From Mycoplasmatota bacterium (lineage in GTDB: Bacteria; Bacillota_I; Bacilli_A; Haloplasmatales; Haloplasmataceae), in contig CP074573.1 in NCBI GenBank assembly GCA_018394295.1, forward strand, positions 2,886,543 to 2,918,542: a stretch of 32,000 nucleotides of DNA. The letters run 5' to 3'. Made by a program: the position numbers and the translations under genes. Below the pieces are notes generated by a model. It saw only the letters and a list, made by a program, of their open reading frames with translations. It ran no database searches and had not been told where the DNA came from. Position 1 is the first letter of the stretch. Each line of letters opens with the position of its first letter. Shown in pieces: positions 31,252 through 32,000 of the stretch.

Positions 31252-31456
31252 TTATTCACATTTATTTTTTTATCAACAATCTGTTCATAATCGATTCTGT
31301 GGAAAAGTTGATAAGTAAATTTATTTATGTTATAACAAATATATTTATCACACTATCTATGTTAATTCTTTTCTTTTTTGTTTAATTTTATACACACTTT
31401 GTGGAAAAGTTGTCCGATATTACCTTTTTTTTCATAAATTTATTTATTTTTCCACA
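31252..31456. promoter_or_regulatory. oriC candidate: DnaA-box cluster in the rpmH-dnaA intergenic region
   Basis: TTATTCACA (31252-31260), TGTGGAAAA (31298-31306), TTATACACA (31388-31396), TGTGGAAAA (31400-31408), TTTTCCACA (31448-31456) in AT-rich DNA; gene orientation flips here. Confidence 0.85.
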
Positions 31457-31512
31457 AAAAAATAGTAAAATTATACTGTATAGGTATTCATTATGAAGGA
31501 GGAAAATTTTTA

Positions 31513-32000
31513 ATGTATGAGCAATATCAAGAACTTTGGTTAAAAACGCTTGATCGTTTATCAATAGATTTTGATAAAACTGAATTTGAAGAAATATTTA
31601 AGCCTGTAAACAAGGTATACAAATTTCATAAAAATCTTATCTATGTGGTTGCTCCTTCTCAATTTCATAAATCTAGAATTGAATCATTTCATATAAAGCA
31701 TGTTGTTCGAGTTTTAAATGAACTGTCTCGAAATACTTTAGATACAGATGAAAATTTAGATGTTAAAATAATTACTAAGGATTACATCACAAATGACACA
31801 AATGTACCGATTAATGGTATAGATCCCAACATTAATAATTTATATCGACATAATTTAAAAGCAATATATACTTTTGAAAATTATGTCGTGGGACCAAATA
31901 ACCGATTTGCAAATTTAGTTTCTTTGCAAGTTGCAAATCAACCTGGTAAAGTAGCGAATCCACTCTATATATTTGGTGGAGTTGGATTAGGAAAAACACA
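31513..32000 (+). CDS. dnaA: chromosomal replication initiator protein DnaA, N-terminal part (truncated by window edge)
   Basis: Translation [32 protein letters not shown]... [44 protein letters not shown] (Walker A); SD AAGGAGG. Not in ORF track because it has no stop. Confidence 0.97.
   Translation, partial: MYEQYQELWLKTLDRLSIDFDKTEFEEIFKPVNKVYKFHKNLIYVVAPSQFHKSRIESFHIKHVVRVLNELSRNTLDTDENLDVKIITKDYITNDTNVPINGIDPNINNLYRHNLKAIYTFENYVVGPNNRFANLVSLQVANQPGKVANPLYIFGGVGLGKT

Noticed and set aside
1-32000. CRISPR array, transposon, toxin-antitoxin or defence island
   Set aside because: No regularly spaced repeats, transposase motifs or accessory gene clusters; nearly every base is in housekeeping genes with normal spacing.

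Overview
A 32 kb, AT-rich window from a low-GC Gram-positive-like bacterium (Firmicutes/Mollicutes-type gene content; species not assignable by eye). Its right edge is a canonical replication-origin region. A truncated dnaA on the + strand is preceded by a DnaA-box-rich oriC. Leftward on the - strand follow rpmH, rnpA, yidC, jag, mnmE, a T-box leader, rmuC, asnS, mnmG, rsmG, a membrane protein, noc, parA and parB. Further left are a DUF951 gene, an ABC exporter, a DUF1934 gene, argS, rpoE, pyrG, fba, a ZIP transporter, a COG2509-like flavoprotein, purA, fhs, a class V aminotransferase, folD and purB. An ECF S-component/DUF1893 pair is the only complete + strand gene pair. No CRISPR array, mobile element, rRNA or tRNA was seen, and no defence-like system was found. 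The best leads are: (1) a 6-TM protein beside noc whose C-terminus looks like an HD-GYP domain without its catalytic motifs; (2) an Asn (AAC) T-box placed ahead of rmuC-asnS; (3) terminator-like hairpins built from inverted DnaA boxes at purA/DUF1893 and between noc and parA; (4) rpmH, whose canonical start is one nucleotide out of frame as sequenced; (5) the ECF-S/DUF1893 pair.
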